NCBI RefSeq assembly: GCF_000002075.1 | Contig: NW_004797465.1 | Location: forward strand, 684,438 to 748,437 | Direction of reading: 5' to 3' | Length of the DNA: 64,000 bases | Source: Aplysia californica | Lineage: Eukaryota | Shown: one piece after another, positions 42,001 through 57,000 of the stretch | How positions within the stretch are numbered: position 1 is the first letter of the stretch | How the letters are laid out: every line of letters begins with the position of its first letter | The notes under the pieces: model-generated | Told to the model about the DNA's origin: nothing | What the model saw: the letters and a program-made list of their open reading frames with translations, nothing else | The model's database searches: none | Program-made: the position numbers and the translations under genes

Positions 42001-45000
42001 GAGGAAAAAAGTAGCAGAATCAGTCAGTGGGAGAAGTTCTTGAAACTCCGGAGTGGCACATAAATGAATCAGATTTGGAATGCAAGCGCAACAAACGAGG
42101 TAGGAGGACACCTATTGAAAACCTCACAAAAATGTCAAGAGAAGGTAGACGACATAAGCAAACCAGAAGTAATAACTTTGATAAGTTGAATGCGAGATTG
42201 TTTTCCAGTACTCAGGTGAAAACAAACCTTCATCGCCTTTTGGCTTGTAGCAAACTTTGAATACTGCACGGCAGTTGTTCTTCACCCAGGCCTTTCTTCC
42301 TTTATAGCCAAAGGATTTATTCTTCTTGCACTTGCCCTCAGACAGTTCTTTCGTTATCTTCATTGACTTGATTTTCTTGGCCTTGGAAAGAGATTTCTGG
42401 TCTTTTTCTTTGTTTTTGCTTTCAAGTTTTAAAGTTCTGCAGTTGCCTTTATCGCCTTCATCGCCTTCTTCCTCATCATCGTCTGAGAGAAAAGGTGAAA
42501 ATAATATACTGCAGACGTCAGCGCCTAACTTACATACCCATTCTACGACAATTTGCTAACACATGCGTAGAAACACCCGCTAATAGAATGTTTTTAAAAA
42601 CCTGGGATTCCATGTCACTAGTTACAGACGGGAAAAGTATTGTTGCAGCAAACAAGTATTAACTGTTATGCTAAAAATAAACACCAACCAAGCAGATAAA
42701 TGGCAAAAGGAAAGAAATTCCAAAAGTTAGGCAAAGATTGGTAACGATAGTATGGCGCTAAGAAAGACAATATTGAAGGGTATCCACAAGAAAGATCTCA
42801 TGTTTTTGTACTTTGTTTTTCTTCAAATTTTCCACCTTTATCCTTAAAATAATGTGAAAAGTGGTGAGCAAAACGGAACGGAATCAGTCAGTGGGAGTAA
42901 TTCTTGAAACTTTGGTTTCGATTTGGATTGCAGCCGCAACACACAAGGTAGAAAGCAACCCATTGAATGGCTGATAGAAAAGTCACGAAAAGACGCACGA
43001 AATACACAGACCGGAAGTAGTGGTTTTGATAAGTATGATCTAAAATGGTTTTCAAGAGCTCAAGGAAACACAAACCTTCGTCGCCTTTGCCGCCTTTTGG
43101 CTTGTAGCAAACTTTGAAAACTGCACGGCAGTTGTTCTTCACCCAGGCCTTCCTTCCTTTGTAGCCAAAGGATTTATTCTTTTTGCACTTGCCGTTTGAC
43201 AGCTCTTTCGTTATCTTCATTGACTTGATTTTCTTGGCCTTTGAAAGAGATTTCTCGTCTTTCTTTTTCTGTTTGCTTTCTAGTTTTAACTTTCTGCAGT
43301 TGCCTTTACCGCCTTCTTCTTCTTCCTCATCATCGTCTGAAGAAAAAGATTAAAAGAATACACTGCAGACATAAGCACCTAACTTACAAACCAAATTCAC
43401 GGAATTTTCGCAAACGAATACATGTGAAAATAGGAATGTGTCCAAATAATTGGAAGAGAAGGAAACCAGTTACAAAACGTAAAACTATTGTTTGAATAAA
43501 CAATTTCTGACTTTCCCAGAAGAAAAACCAAGAACAACAAAAATGACCACGAATGTAAATACGACAGAAGTTCCAAATCTTAGGCCAAGAGTGATACCGA
43601 TTGAATGACGTTAGGAAAAATCAGATAATGGGTGCCTTCAGAAAGGCAGAATGTTTTTCGAACTTTTCCATTTTTATCCCTTAAAGTATGTGGAATGAAG
43701 GGAGGAAAAAAGTAGCAGAATCAGTCAGTGGGAGAAGTTCTTGAAACTCCGGAGTGGCACATAAATGAATCAGATTTGGAATGCAAGCGCAACAAACGAG
43801 GTAGGAGGACACCTATTGAAAACCTCACAAAAATGTCAAGAGAAGGTAGACGACATAAGCAAACCAGAAGTAATAACTTTGATAAGTTGAATGCGAGATT
43901 GTTTTCCAGTACTCAGGTGAAAACAAACCTTCATCGCCTTTTGGCTTGTAGCAAACTTTGAATACTGCACGGCAGTTGTTCTTCACCCAGGCCTTTCTTC
44001 CTTTATAGCCAAAGGATTTATTCTTCTTGCACTTGCCCTCAGACAGTTCTTTCGTTATCTTCATTGACTTGATTTTCTTGGCCTTGGAAAGAGATTTCTG
44101 GTCTTTTTCTTTGTTTTTGCTTTCAAGTTTTAAAGTTCTGCAGTTGCCTTTATCGCCTTCATCGCCTTCTTCCTCATCATCGTCTGAGAGAAAAGGTGAA
44201 AATAATATACTGCAGACGTCAGCGCCTAACTTACATACCCATTCTACGACAATTTGCTAACACATGCGTAGAAACACCCGCTAATAGAATGTTTTTAAAA
44301 ACCTGGGATTCCATGTCACTAGTTACAGACGGGAAAAGTATTGTTGCAGCAAACAAGTATTAACTGTTATGCTAAAAATAAACACCAACCAAGCAGATAA
44401 ATGGCAAAAGGAAAGAAATTCCAAAAGTTAGGCAAAGATTGGTAACGATAGTATGGCGCTAAGAAAGACAATATTGAAGGGTATCCACAAGAAAGATCTC
44501 ATGTTTTTGTACTTTGTTTTTCTTCAAATTTTCCACCTTTATCCTTAAAATAATGTGAAAAGTGGTGAGCAAAACGGAACGGAATCAGTCAGTGGGAGTA
44601 ATTCTTGAAACTTTGGTTTCGATTTGGATTGCAGCCGCAACACACAAGGTAGAAAGCAACCCATTGAATGGCTGATAGAAAAGTCACGAAAAGACGCACG
44701 AAATACACAGACCGGAAGTAGTGGTTTTGATAAGTATGATCTAAAATGGTTTTCAAGAGCTCAAGGAAACACAAACCTTCGTCGCCTTTGCCGCCTTTTG
44801 GCTTGTAGCAAACTTTGAAAACTGCACGGCAGTTGTTCTTCACCCAGGCCTTCCTTCCTTTGTAGCCAAAGGATTTATCCTTTTTGCACTTGCCGTTTGA
44901 CAGCTCTTTCGTTATCTTCATTGACTTGATTTTCTTGGCCTTTGAAAGAGATTTCTCGTCTTTCTTTTTCTGTTTGCTTTCTAGTTTTAACTTTCTGCAG

Positions 45001-48000
45001 TTGCCTTTACCGCCTTCTTCTTCTTCCTCATCATCGTCTGAAGAAAAAGATTAAAAGAATACACTGCAGACATAAGCACCTAACTTACAAACCAAATTCA
45101 CGGAATTTTCGCAAACGAATACATGTGAAAATAGGAATGTGTCCAAATAATTGGAAGAGAAGGAAACCAGTTACAAAACGTAAAACTATTGTTTGAATAA
45201 ACAATTTCTGACTTTCCCAGAAGAAAAACCAAGAACAACAAAAATGACCACGAATGTAAATACGACAGAAGTTCCAAATCTTAGGCCAAGAGTGATACCG
45301 ATTGAATGACGTTAGGAAAAATCAGATAATGGGTGCCTTCAGAAAGGCAGAATGTTTTTCGAACTTTTCCATTTTTATCCCTTAAAGTATGTGGAATGAA
45401 GGGAGGAAAAAAGTAGCAGAATCAGTCAGTGGGAGAAGTTCTTGAAACTCCGGAGTGGCACATAAATGAATCAGATTTGGAATGCAAGCGCAACAAACGA
45501 GGTAGGAGGACACCTATTGAAAACCTCACAAAAATGTCAAGAGAAGGTAGACGACATAAGCAAACCAGAAGTAATAACTTTGATAAGTTGAATGCGAGAT
45601 TGTTTTCCAGTACTCAGGTGAAAACAAACCTTCATCGCCTTTTGGCTTGTAGCAAACTTTGAATACTGCACGGCAGTTGTTCTTCACCCAGGCCTTTCTT
45701 CCTTTATAGCCAAAGGATTTATTCTTCTTGCACTTGCCCTCAGACAGTTCTTTCGTTATCTTCATTGACTTGATTTTCTTGGCCTTGGAAAGAGATTTCT
45801 GGTCTTTTTCTTTGTTTTTGCTTTCAAGTTTTAAAGTTCTGCAGTTGCCTTTATCGCCTTCATCGCCTTCTTCCTCATCATCGTCTGAGAGAAAAGGTGA
45901 AAATAATATACTGCAGACGTCAGCGCCTAACTTACATACCCATTCTACGACAATTTGCTAACACATGCGTAGAAACACCCGCTAATAGAATGTTTTTAAA
46001 AACCTGGGATTCCATGTCACTAGTTACAGACGGGAAAAGTATTGTTGCAGCAAACAAGTATTAACTGTTATGCTAAAAATAAACACCAACCAAGCAGATA
46101 AATGGCAAAAGGAAAGAAATTCCAAAAGTTAGGCAAAGATTGGTAACGATAGTATGGCGCTAAGAAAGACAATATTGAAGGGTATCCACAAGAAAGATCT
46201 CATGTTTTTGTACTTTGTTTTTCTTCAAATTTTCCACCTTTATCCTTAAAATAATGTGAAAAGTGGTGAGCAAAACGGAACGGAATCAGTCAGTGGGAGT
46301 AATTCTTGAAACTTTGGTTTCGATTTGGATTGCAGCCGCAACACACAAGGTAGAAAGCAACCCATTGAATGGCTGATAGAAAAGTCACGAAAAGACGCAC
46401 GAAATACACAGACCGGAAGTAGTGGTTTTGATAAGTATGATCTAAAATGGTTTTCAAGAGCTCAAGGAAACACAAACCTTCGTCGCCTTTGCCGCCTTTT
46501 GGCTTGTAGCAAACTTTGAAAACTGCACGGCAGTTGTTCTTCACCCAGGCCTTCCTTCCTTTGTAGCCAAAGGATTTATCCTTTTTGCACTTGCCGTTTG
46601 ACAGCTCTTTCGTTATCTTCATTGACTTGATTTTCTTGGCCTTTGAAAGAGATTTCTCGTCTTTCTTTTTCTGTTTGCTTTCTAGTTTTAACTTTCTGCA
46701 GTTGCCTTTACCGCCTTCTTCTTCTTCCTCATCATCGTCTGAAGAAAAAGATTAAAAGAATACACTGCAGAGAAAAGCACCTAACTTACAAACCAAATTC
46801 ACGGAATTTTCGCAAACGAATACATGTGAAAATAGGAATGCGTCCAAATAATTGGAAGAGAAGGAAACCAGTTACAAAACATAAAACTATTGTTTGAATA
46901 AACAATTTCTGACTTTCCCAGAAGAAAAACCAAGAACAACAAAAATGACCACGAATGTAAATACGACAGAAGTTCCAAATGTTAGGCCAAGAGTGATACC
47001 GAATGAATGACGTTAGGAAAAATCAGATAGTGGGTGTCTTCAGAAAGGCAGAATGTTTTTCGAACTTTTCCATTTTTATCCCTTAAAGTATGTGGAATGA
47101 AGGGAGGAAAAAAGTAGCAGAATCAGTCAGTGGGAGAAGTTCTTGAAACTCCGGAGTGGCACATAAATGAATCAGATTTGGAATGCAAGCGCAACAAACG
47201 AGGTAGGAGGACACCTATTGAAAACCTCACAAAAATGTCAAGAGAAGGTAGACGACATAAGCAAACCAGAAGTAATAACTTTGATAAGTTGAATGCGAGA
47301 TTGTTTTCCAGTACTCAGGTGAAAACAAACCTTCATCGCCTTTTGGCTTGTAGCAAACTTTGAATACTGCACGGCAGTTGTTCTTCACCCAGGCCTTTCT
47401 TCCTTTATAGCCAAAGGATTTATTCTTCTTGCACTTGCCCTCAGACAGTTCTTTCGTTATCTTCATTGACTTGATTTTCTTGGCCTTGGAAAGAGATTTC
47501 TGGTCTTTTTCTTTGTTTTTGCTTTCAAGTTTTAAAGTTCTGCAGTTGCCTTTCTCGCCTTCATCGCCTTCTTCCTCATCATCGTCTGAGAGAAAAGGTG
47601 AAAATAATATACTGCAGACGTCAGCGCCTAACTTACATACCCATTCTACGACAATTTGCTAGTACATGCGTAGAAACACCCGCTAATAGAATGTTTTTAA
47701 AAACCTGGGATTCCATGACACTAGTTACAGACGGGAAAAGTATTGTTGCAGCAAACAAGTATTAACTGTTATGCTAAAAATAAACACCAACCAAGCAGAT
47801 AAATGGCAAAAGGAAAGAAATTCCAAAAGTTAGGCAAAGATTGGTAACGATAGTATGGCGCTAAGAAAGACAATATTGAAGGGTATCCACAAGAAAGATC
47901 TCATGTTTTTGTACTTTGTTTTTCTTCAAATTTTCCACCTTTATCCTTAAAATAATGTGAAACGTGGTGAGCAAAACGGAACGGAATCAGTCAGTGGGAG

Positions 48001-51000
48001 TAATTCTTGAAACTTTGGTTTCGATTTGGATTGCAGCCGCAACACACAAGGTAGAAAGCAACCCATTGAATGGCTGATAGAAAAGTCACGAAAAGACGCA
48101 CGAAATACACAGACCGGAAGCAGTGGTTTTGATAAGTATGATCTAAAATGGTTTTCAAGAGCTCAAGGAAACACAAACCTTCGTCGCCTTTGCCGCCTTT
48201 TGGCTTGTAGCAAACTTTGAAAACTGCACGGCAGTTGTTCTTCACCCAGGCCTTCCTTCCTTTGTAGCCAAAGGATTTATTCTTTTTGCACTTGCCGTTT
48301 GACAGCTCTTTCGTTATCTTCATTGACTTGATTTTCTTGGCCTTTGAAAGAGATTTCTCGTCTTTCTTTTTCTGTTTGCTTTCTAGTTTTAACTTTCTGC
48401 AGTTGCCTTTACCGCCTTCTTCTTCTTCCTCATCATCGTCTGAAGAAAAAGATTAAAAGAATACACTGCAGACATAAGCACCTAACTTACAAACCAAATT
48501 CACGGAATTTTCGCAAACGAATACATGTGAAAATAGGAATGTGTCCAAATAATTGGAAGAGAAGGAAACCAGTTACAAAACATAAAACTATTGTTTGAAT
48601 AAACAATTTCTGACTTTCCCAGAAGAAAAACCAAGAACAACAAAAATGACCACGAATGTAAATACGACAGAAGTTCCAAATCTTAGGCCAAGAGTGATAC
48701 CGATTGAATGACGTTAGGAAAAATCAGATAATGGGTGCCTTCAGAAAGGCAGAATGTTTTTCGAACTTTTCCATTTTTATCCCTTAAAGTATGTGGAATG
48801 AAGGGAGGAAAAAAGTAGCAGAATCAGTCAGTGGGAGAAGTTCTTGAAACTCCGGAGTGGCACATAAATGAATCAGATTTGGAATGCAAGCGCAACAAAC
48901 GAGGTAGGAGGACACCTATTGAAAACCTCACAAAAATGTCAAGAGAAGGTAGACGACATAAGCAAACCAGAAGTAATAACTTTGATAAGTTGAATGCGAG
49001 ATTGTTTTCCAGTACTCAGGTGAAAACAAACCTTCATCGCCTTTTGGCTTGTAGCAAACTTTGAATACTGCACGGCAGTTGTTCTTCACCCAGGCCTTTC
49101 TTCCTTTATAGCCAAAGGATTTATTCTTCTTGCACTTGCCCTCAGACAGTTCTTTCGTTATCTTCATTGACTTGATTTTCTTGGCCTTGGAAAGAGATTT
49201 CTGGTCTTTTTCTTTGTTTTTGCTTTCAAGTTTTAAAGTTCTGCAGTTGCCTTTATCGCCTTCATCGCCTTCTTCCTCATCATCGTCTGAGAGAAAAGGT
49301 GAAAATAATATACTGCAGACGTCAGCGCCTAACTTACATACCCATTCTACGACAATTTGCTAATACATGCGTAGAAACACCCGCTAATAGAATGTTTTTA
49401 AAAACCTGGGATTCCATGACACTAGTTACAGACGGGAAAAGTATTGTTGCAGCAAACAAGTATTAACTGTTATGCTAAAAATAAACACCAACCCAGCAGA
49501 TAAATGGCAAAAGGAAAGAAATTCCAAAAGTTAGGCAAAGATTGGTAACAATAGTATGGCGCTAAGAAAGACAATATTGAAGGGTATCCACAAGAAAGAT
49601 CTCATGTTTTTGTACTTTGTTTTTCTTCAAATTTTCCACCTTTATCCTTAAAATAATGTGAAACGTGGTGAGCAAAACGGAACGGAATCAGTCAGTGGGA
49701 GTAATTCTTGAAACTTTGGTTTCGATTTGGATTGCAGCCGCAACACACAAGGTAGAAAGCAACCCATTGAATGGCTGATAGAAAAGTCACGAAAAGACGC
49801 ACGAAATACACAGACCGGAAGTAGTGGTTTTGATAAGTATGATCTAAAATGGTTTTCAAGAGCTCAAGGAAACACAAACCTTCGTCGCCTTTGCCGCCTT
49901 TTGGCTTGTAGCAAACTTTGAAAACTGCACGGCAGTTGTTCTTCACCCAGGCCTTCCTTCCTTTGTAGCCAAAGGACTTATTCTTTTTGCACTTGCCGTT
50001 TGACAGCTCTTTCGTTATCTTCATTGACTTGATTTTCTTGGCCTTTGAAAGAGATTTCTCGTCTTTCTTTTTCTGTTTGCTTTCTAGTTTTAACTTTCTG
50101 CAGTTGCCTTTACCGCCTTCTTCTTCTTCCTCATCATCGTCTGAAGAAAAAGATTAAAAGAATACACTGCAGACATAAGCACCTAACTTACAAACCAAAT
50201 TCACGGAATTTTCGCAAACGAATACATGTGAAAATAGGAATGTGTCCAAATAATTGGAAGAGAAGGAAACCAGTTACAAAACGTAAAACTATTGTTTGAA
50301 TAAACAATTTCTGACTTTCCCAGAAGAAAAACCAAGAACAACAAAAATGACCACGAATGTAAATACGACAGAAGTTCCAAATCTTAGGCCAAGAGTGATA
50401 CCGATTGAATGACGTTAGGAAAAATCAGATAATGGGTGCCTTCAGAAAGGCAGAATGTTTTTCGAACTTTTCCATTTTTATCCCTTAAAGTATGTGGAAT
50501 GAAGGGAGGAAAAAAGTAGCAGAATCAGTCAGTGGGAGAAGTTCTTGAAACTCCGGAGTGGCACATAAATGAATCAGATTTGGAATGCAAGCGCAACAAA
50601 CGAGGTAGGAGGACACCTATTGAAAACCTCACAAAAATGTCAAGAGAAGGTAGACGACATAAGCAAACCAGAAGTAATAACTTTGATAAGTTGAATGCGA
50701 GATTGTTTTCCAGTACTCAGGTGAAAACAAACCTTCATCGCCTTTTGGCTTGTAGCAAACTTTGAATACTGCACGGCAGTTGTTCTTCACCCAGGCCTTT
50801 CTTCCTTTATAGCCAAAGGATTTATTCTTCTTGCACTTGCCCTCAGACAGTTCTTTCGTTATCTTCATTGACTTGATTTTCTTGGCCTTGGAAAGAGATT
50901 TCTGGTCTTTTTCTTTGTTTTTGCTTTCAAGTTTTAAAGTTCTGCAGTTGCCTTTATCGCCTTCATCGCCTTCTTCCTCATCATCGTCTGAGAGAAAAGG

Positions 51001-54000
51001 TGAAAATAATATACTGCAGACGTCAGCGCCTAACTTACATACCCATTCTACGACAATTTGCTAACACATGCGTAGAAACACCCGCTAATAGAATGTTTTT
51101 AAAAACCTGGGATTCCATGACACTAGTTACAGACGGGAAAAGTATTGTTGCAGCAAACAAGTATTAACTGTTATGCTAAAAATAAACACCAACCAAGCAG
51201 ATAAATGGCAAAAGGAAAGAAATTCCAAAAGTTAGGCAAAGATTGGTAACGATAGTATGGCGCTAAGAAAGACAATATTGAAGGGTATCCACAAGAAAGA
51301 TCTCATGTTTTTGTACTTTGTTTTTCTTCAAATTTTCCACCTTTATCCTTAAAATAATGTGAAAAGTGGTGAGCAAAACGGAACGGAATCAGTCAGTGGG
51401 AGTAATTCTTGAAACTTTGGTTTCGATTTGGATTGCAGCCGCAACACACAAGGTAGAAAGCAACCCATTGAATGGCTGATAGAAAAGTCACGAAAAGACG
51501 CACGAAATACACAGACCGGAAGTAGTGGTTTTGATAAGTATGATCTAAAATGGTTTTCAAGAGCTCAAGGAAACACAAACCTTCGTCGCCTTTGCCGCCT
51601 TTTGGCTTGTAGCAAACTTTGAAAACTGCACGGCAGTTGTTCTTCACCCAGGCCTTCCTTCCTTTGTAGCCAAAGGACTTATTCTTTTTGCACTTGCCGT
51701 TTGACAGCTCTTTCGTTATCTTCATTGACTTGATTTTCTTGGCCTTTGAAAGAGATTTCTCGTCTTTCTTTTTCTGTTTGCTTTCTAGTTTTAACTTTCT
51801 GCAGTTGCCTTTACCGCCTTCTTCTTCTTCCTCATCATCGTCTGAAGAAAAAGATTAAAAGAATACACTGCAGACATAAGCACCTAACTTACAAACCAAA
51901 TTCACGGAATTTTCGCAAACGAATACATGTGAAAATAGGAATGTGTCCAAATAATTGGAAGAGAAGGAAACCAGTTACAAAACGTAAAACTATTGTTTGA
52001 ATAAACAATTTCTGACTTTCCCAGAAGAAAAACCAAGAACAACAAAAATGACCACGAATGTAAATACGACAGAAGTTCCAAATCTTAGGCCAAGAGTGAT
52101 ACCGATTGAATGACGTTAGGAAAAATCAGATAATGGGTGCCTTCAGAAAGGCAGAATGTTTTTCGAACTTTTCCATTTTTATCCCTTAAAGTATGTGGAA
52201 TGAAGGGAGGAAAAAAGTAGCAGAATCAGTCAGTGGGAGAAGTTCTTGAAACTCCGGAGTGGCACATAAATGAATCAGATTTGGAATGCAAGCGCAACAA
52301 ACGAGGTAGGAGGACACCTATTGAAAACCTCACAAAAATGTCAAGAGAAGGTAGACGACATAAGCAAACCAGAAGTAATAACTTTGATAAGTTGAATGCG
52401 AGATTGTTTTCCAGTACTCAGGTGAAAACAAACCTTCATCGCCTTTTGGCTTGTAGCAAACTTTGAATACTGCACGGCAGTTGTTCTTCACCCAGGCCTT
52501 TCTTCCTTTATAGCCAAAGGATTTATTCTTCTTGCACTTGCCCTCAGACAGTTCTTTCGTTATCTTCATTGACTTGATTTTCTTGGCCTTGGAAAGAGAT
52601 TTCTGGTCTTTTTCTTTGTTTTTGCTTTCAAGTTTTAAAGTTCTGCAGTTGCCTTTATCGCCTTCATCGCCTTCTTCCTCATCATCGTCTGAGAGAAAAG
52701 GTGAAAATAATATACTGCAGACGTCAGCGCCTAACTTACATACCCATTCTACGACAATTTGCTAACACATGCGTAGAAACACCCGCTAATAGAATGTTTT
52801 TAAAAACCTGGGATTCCATGACACTAGTTACAGACGGGAAAAGTATTGTTGCAGCAAACAAGTATTAACTGTTATGCTAAAAATAAACACCAACCAAGCA
52901 GATAAATGGCAAAAGGAAAGAAATTCCAAAAGTTAGGCAAAGATTGGTAACGATAGTATGGCGCTAAGAAAGACAATATTGAAGGGTATCCACAAGAAAG
53001 ATCTCATGTTTTTGTACTTTGTTTTTCTTCAAATTTTCCACCTTTATCCTTAAAATAATGTGAAAAGTGGTGAGCAAAACGGAACGGAATCAGTCAGTGG
53101 GAGTAATTCTTGAAACTTTGGTTTCGATTTGGATTGCAGCCGCAACACACAAGGTAGAAAGCAACCCATTGAATGGCTGATAGAAAAGTCACGAAAAGAC
53201 GCACGAAATACACAGACCGGAAGTAGTGGTTTTGATAAGTATGATCTAAAATGGTTTTCAAGAGCTCAAGGAAACACAAACCTTCGTCGCCTTTGCCGCC
53301 TTTTGGCTTGTAGCAAACTTTGAAAACTGCACGGCAGTTGTTCTTCACCCAGGCCTTCCTTCCTTTGTAGCCAAAGGACTTATTCTTTTTGCACTTGCCG
53401 TTTGACAGCTCTTTCGTTATCTTCATTGACTTGATTTTCTTGGCCTTTGAAAGAGATTTCTCGTCTTTCTTTTTCTGTTTGCTTTCTAGTTTTAACTTTC
53501 TGCAGTTGCCTTTACCGCCTTCTTCTTCTTCCTCATCATCGTCTGAAGAAAAAGATTAAAAGAATACACTGCAGACATAAGCACCTAACTTACAAACCAA
53601 ATTCACGGAATTTTCGCAAACGAATACATGTGAAAATAGGAATGTGTCCAAATAATTGGAAGAGAAGGAAACCAGTTACAAAACGTAAAACTATTGTTTG
53701 AATAAACAATTTCTGACTTTCCCAGAAGAAAAACCAAGAACAACAAAAATGACCACGAATGTAAATACGACAGAAGTTCCAAATCTTAGGCCAAGAGTGA
53801 TACCGATTGAATGACGTTAGGAAAAATCAGATAATGGGTGCCTTCAGAAAGGCAGAATGTTTTTCGAACTTTTCCATTTTTATCCCTTAAAGTATGTGGA
53901 ATGAAGGGAGGAAAAAAGTAGCAGAATCAGTCAGTGGGAGAAGTTCTTGAAACTCCGGAGTGGCACATAAATGAATCAGATTTGGAATGCAAGCGCAACA

Positions 54001-57000
54001 AACGAGGTAGGAGGACACCTATTGAAAACCTCACAAAAATGTCAAGAGAAGGTAGACGACATAAGCAAACCAGAAGTAATAACTTTGATAAGTTGAATGC
54101 GAGATTGTTTTCCAGTACTCAGGTGAAAACAAACCTTCATCGCCTTTTGGCTTGTAGCAAACTTTGAATACTGCACGGCAGTTGTTCTTCACCCAGGCCT
54201 TTCTTCCTTTATAGCCAAAGGATTTATTCTTCTTGCACTTGCCCTCAGACAGTTCTTTCGTTATCTTCATTGACTTGATTTTCTTGGCCTTGGAAAGAGA
54301 TTTCTGGTCTTTTTCTTTGTTTTTGCTTTCAAGTTTTAAAGTTCTGCAGTTGCCTTTATCGCCTTCATCGCCTTCTTCCTCATCATCGTCTGAGAGAAAA
54401 GGTGAAAATAATATACTGCAGACGTCAGCGCCTAACTTACATACCCATTCTACGACAATTTGCTAACACATGCGTAGAAACACCCGCTAATAGAATGTTT
54501 TTAAAAACCTGGGATTCCATGACACTAGTTACAGACGGGAAAAGTATTGTTGCAGCAAACAAGTATTAACTGTTATGCTAAAAATAAACACCAACCAAGC
54601 AGATAAATGGCAAAAGGAAAGAAATTCCAAAAGTTAGGCAAAGATTGGTAACGATAGTATGGCGCTAAGAAAGACAATATTGAAGGGTATCCACAAGAAA
54701 GATCTCATGTTTTTGTACTTTGTTTTTCTTCAAATTTTCCACCTTTATCCTTAAAATAATGTGAAAAGTGGTGAGCAAAACGGAACGGAATCAGTCAGTG
54801 GGAGTAATTCTTGAAACTTTGGTTTCGATTTGGATTGCAGCCGCAACACACAAGGTAGAAAGCAACCCATTGAATGGCTGATAGAAAAGTCACGAAAAGA
54901 CGCACGAAATACACAGACCGGAAGTAGTGGTTTTGATAAGTATGATCTAAAATGGTTTTCAAGAGCTCAAGGAAACACAAACCTTCGTCGCCTTTGCCGC
55001 CTTTTGGCTTGTAGCAAACTTTGAAAACTGCACGGCAGTTGTTCTTCACCCAGGCCTTCCTTCCTTTGTAGCCAAAGGATTTATTCTTTTTGCACTTGCC
55101 GTTTGACAGCTCTTTCGTTATCTTCATTGACTTGATTTTCTTGGCCTTTGAAAGAGATTTCTCGTCTTTCTTTTTCTGTTTGCTTTCTAGTTTTAACTTT
55201 CTGCAGTTGCCTTTACCGCCTTCTTCTTCCTCATCATCGTCTGAAGAAAAAGATTAAAAGAATACACTGCAGACATAAGCACCTAACTTACAAACCAAAT
55301 TCACGGAATTTTCGCAAACCAATACATGTGAAATTAGGAATGTGTCCAAATAATTGGAAGAGAAGGAAACCAGTTACAAAACGTAAAACTATTGTTTGAA
55401 TAAACAATTTCTGACTTTCCCAGAAGAAAAACCAAGAACAACAAAAATGACCACGAATGTAAATACGACAGAAGTTCCAAATGTTAGGCCAAGAGTGATA
55501 CCGATTGAATGACGTTAGGAAAAATCAGATAATGGGTGCCTTCAGAAAGGCAGAATGTTTTTCGAACTTTTCCATTTTTATCCCTTAAAGTATGTGGAAT
55601 GAAGGGAGGAAAAAAGTAGCAGAATCAGTCAGTGGGAGAAGTTCTTGAAACTCCGGAGTGGCACATAAATGAATCAGATTTGGAATGCAAGCGCAACAAA
55701 CGAGGTAGGAGGACACCTTTTGAAATCCTCACAAAAATGTCAAAAGAAGGTAGACGGCATAAGCAAACCAGAAGTAATAACTTTGATAAGTTGAATGCGA
55801 GATTGTTTTCCAGTACTCAGGTGAAAACAAACCTTCATCGCCTTTTGGCTTGTAGCAAACTTTGAATACTGCACGGCAGTTGTTCTTCACCCAGGCCTTT
55901 CTTCCTTTATAGCCAAAGGATTTATTCTTCTTGCACTTGCCCTCAGACAGTTCTTTCGTTATCTTCATTGACTTGATTTTCTTGGCCTTGGAAAGAGATT
56001 TCTGGTCTTTTTCTTTGTTTTTGCTTTCAAGTTTTAAAGTTCTGCAGTTGCCTTTATCGCCTTCATCGCCTTCTTCCTCATCATCGTCTGAGAGAAAAGG
56101 TGAAAATAATATACTGCAGACGTCAGCGCCTAACTTACATACCCATTCTACGACAATTTGCTAATACATGCGTAGAAACACCCGCTAATAGAATGTTTTT
56201 AAAAACCTGGGATTCCATGACACTAGTTACAGACGGGAAAAGTATTGTTGCAACAAACAAGTATTAACTGTTATGCTAAAAATAAACACCAACCAAGCAG
56301 ATAAATGGCAAAAGGAAAGAAATTCCAAAAGTTAGGCAAAGATTGGTAACGATAGTATGGCACTATGAAAGACAATATTGAAGGGTATCCACAAGAAAGA
56401 TCTCATGTTTTTGTACTTTGTTTTTCTTCAAATTTTCCACCTTTATCCTTAAAATAATGTGAAACGTGGTGAGCAAAACGGAACGGAATCAGTCAGTGGG
56501 AGTAATTCTTGAAACTTTGGTTTCGATTTGGATTGCAGCCGCAACACACAAGGTAGAAAGCAACCCATTGAATGGCTGATAGAAAAGTCATGAAAAGACG
56601 CACGAAATACACAGACCGGAAGTAGTGGTTTTGATAAGTATGATCTAAAATGGTTTTCAAGAGCTCAAGGAAACACAAACCTTCGTCGCCTTTGCCGCCT
56701 TTTGGCTTGTAGCAAACTTTGAAAACTGCACGGCAGTTGTTCTTCACCCAGGCCTTCCTTCCTTTGTAGCCAAAGGATTTATTCTTTTTGCACTTGCCGT
56801 TTGACAGCTCTTTCGTTATCTTCATTGACTTGATTTTCTTGGCCTTTGAAAGAGATTTCTCGTCTTTCTTTTTCTGTTTGCTTTCTAGTTTTAACTTTCT
56901 GCAGTTGCCTTTACCGCCTTCTTCTTCTTCCTCATCATCGTCTGAAGAAAAAGATTAAAAGAATACACTGCAGACATAAGCACCTAACTTACAAACCAAA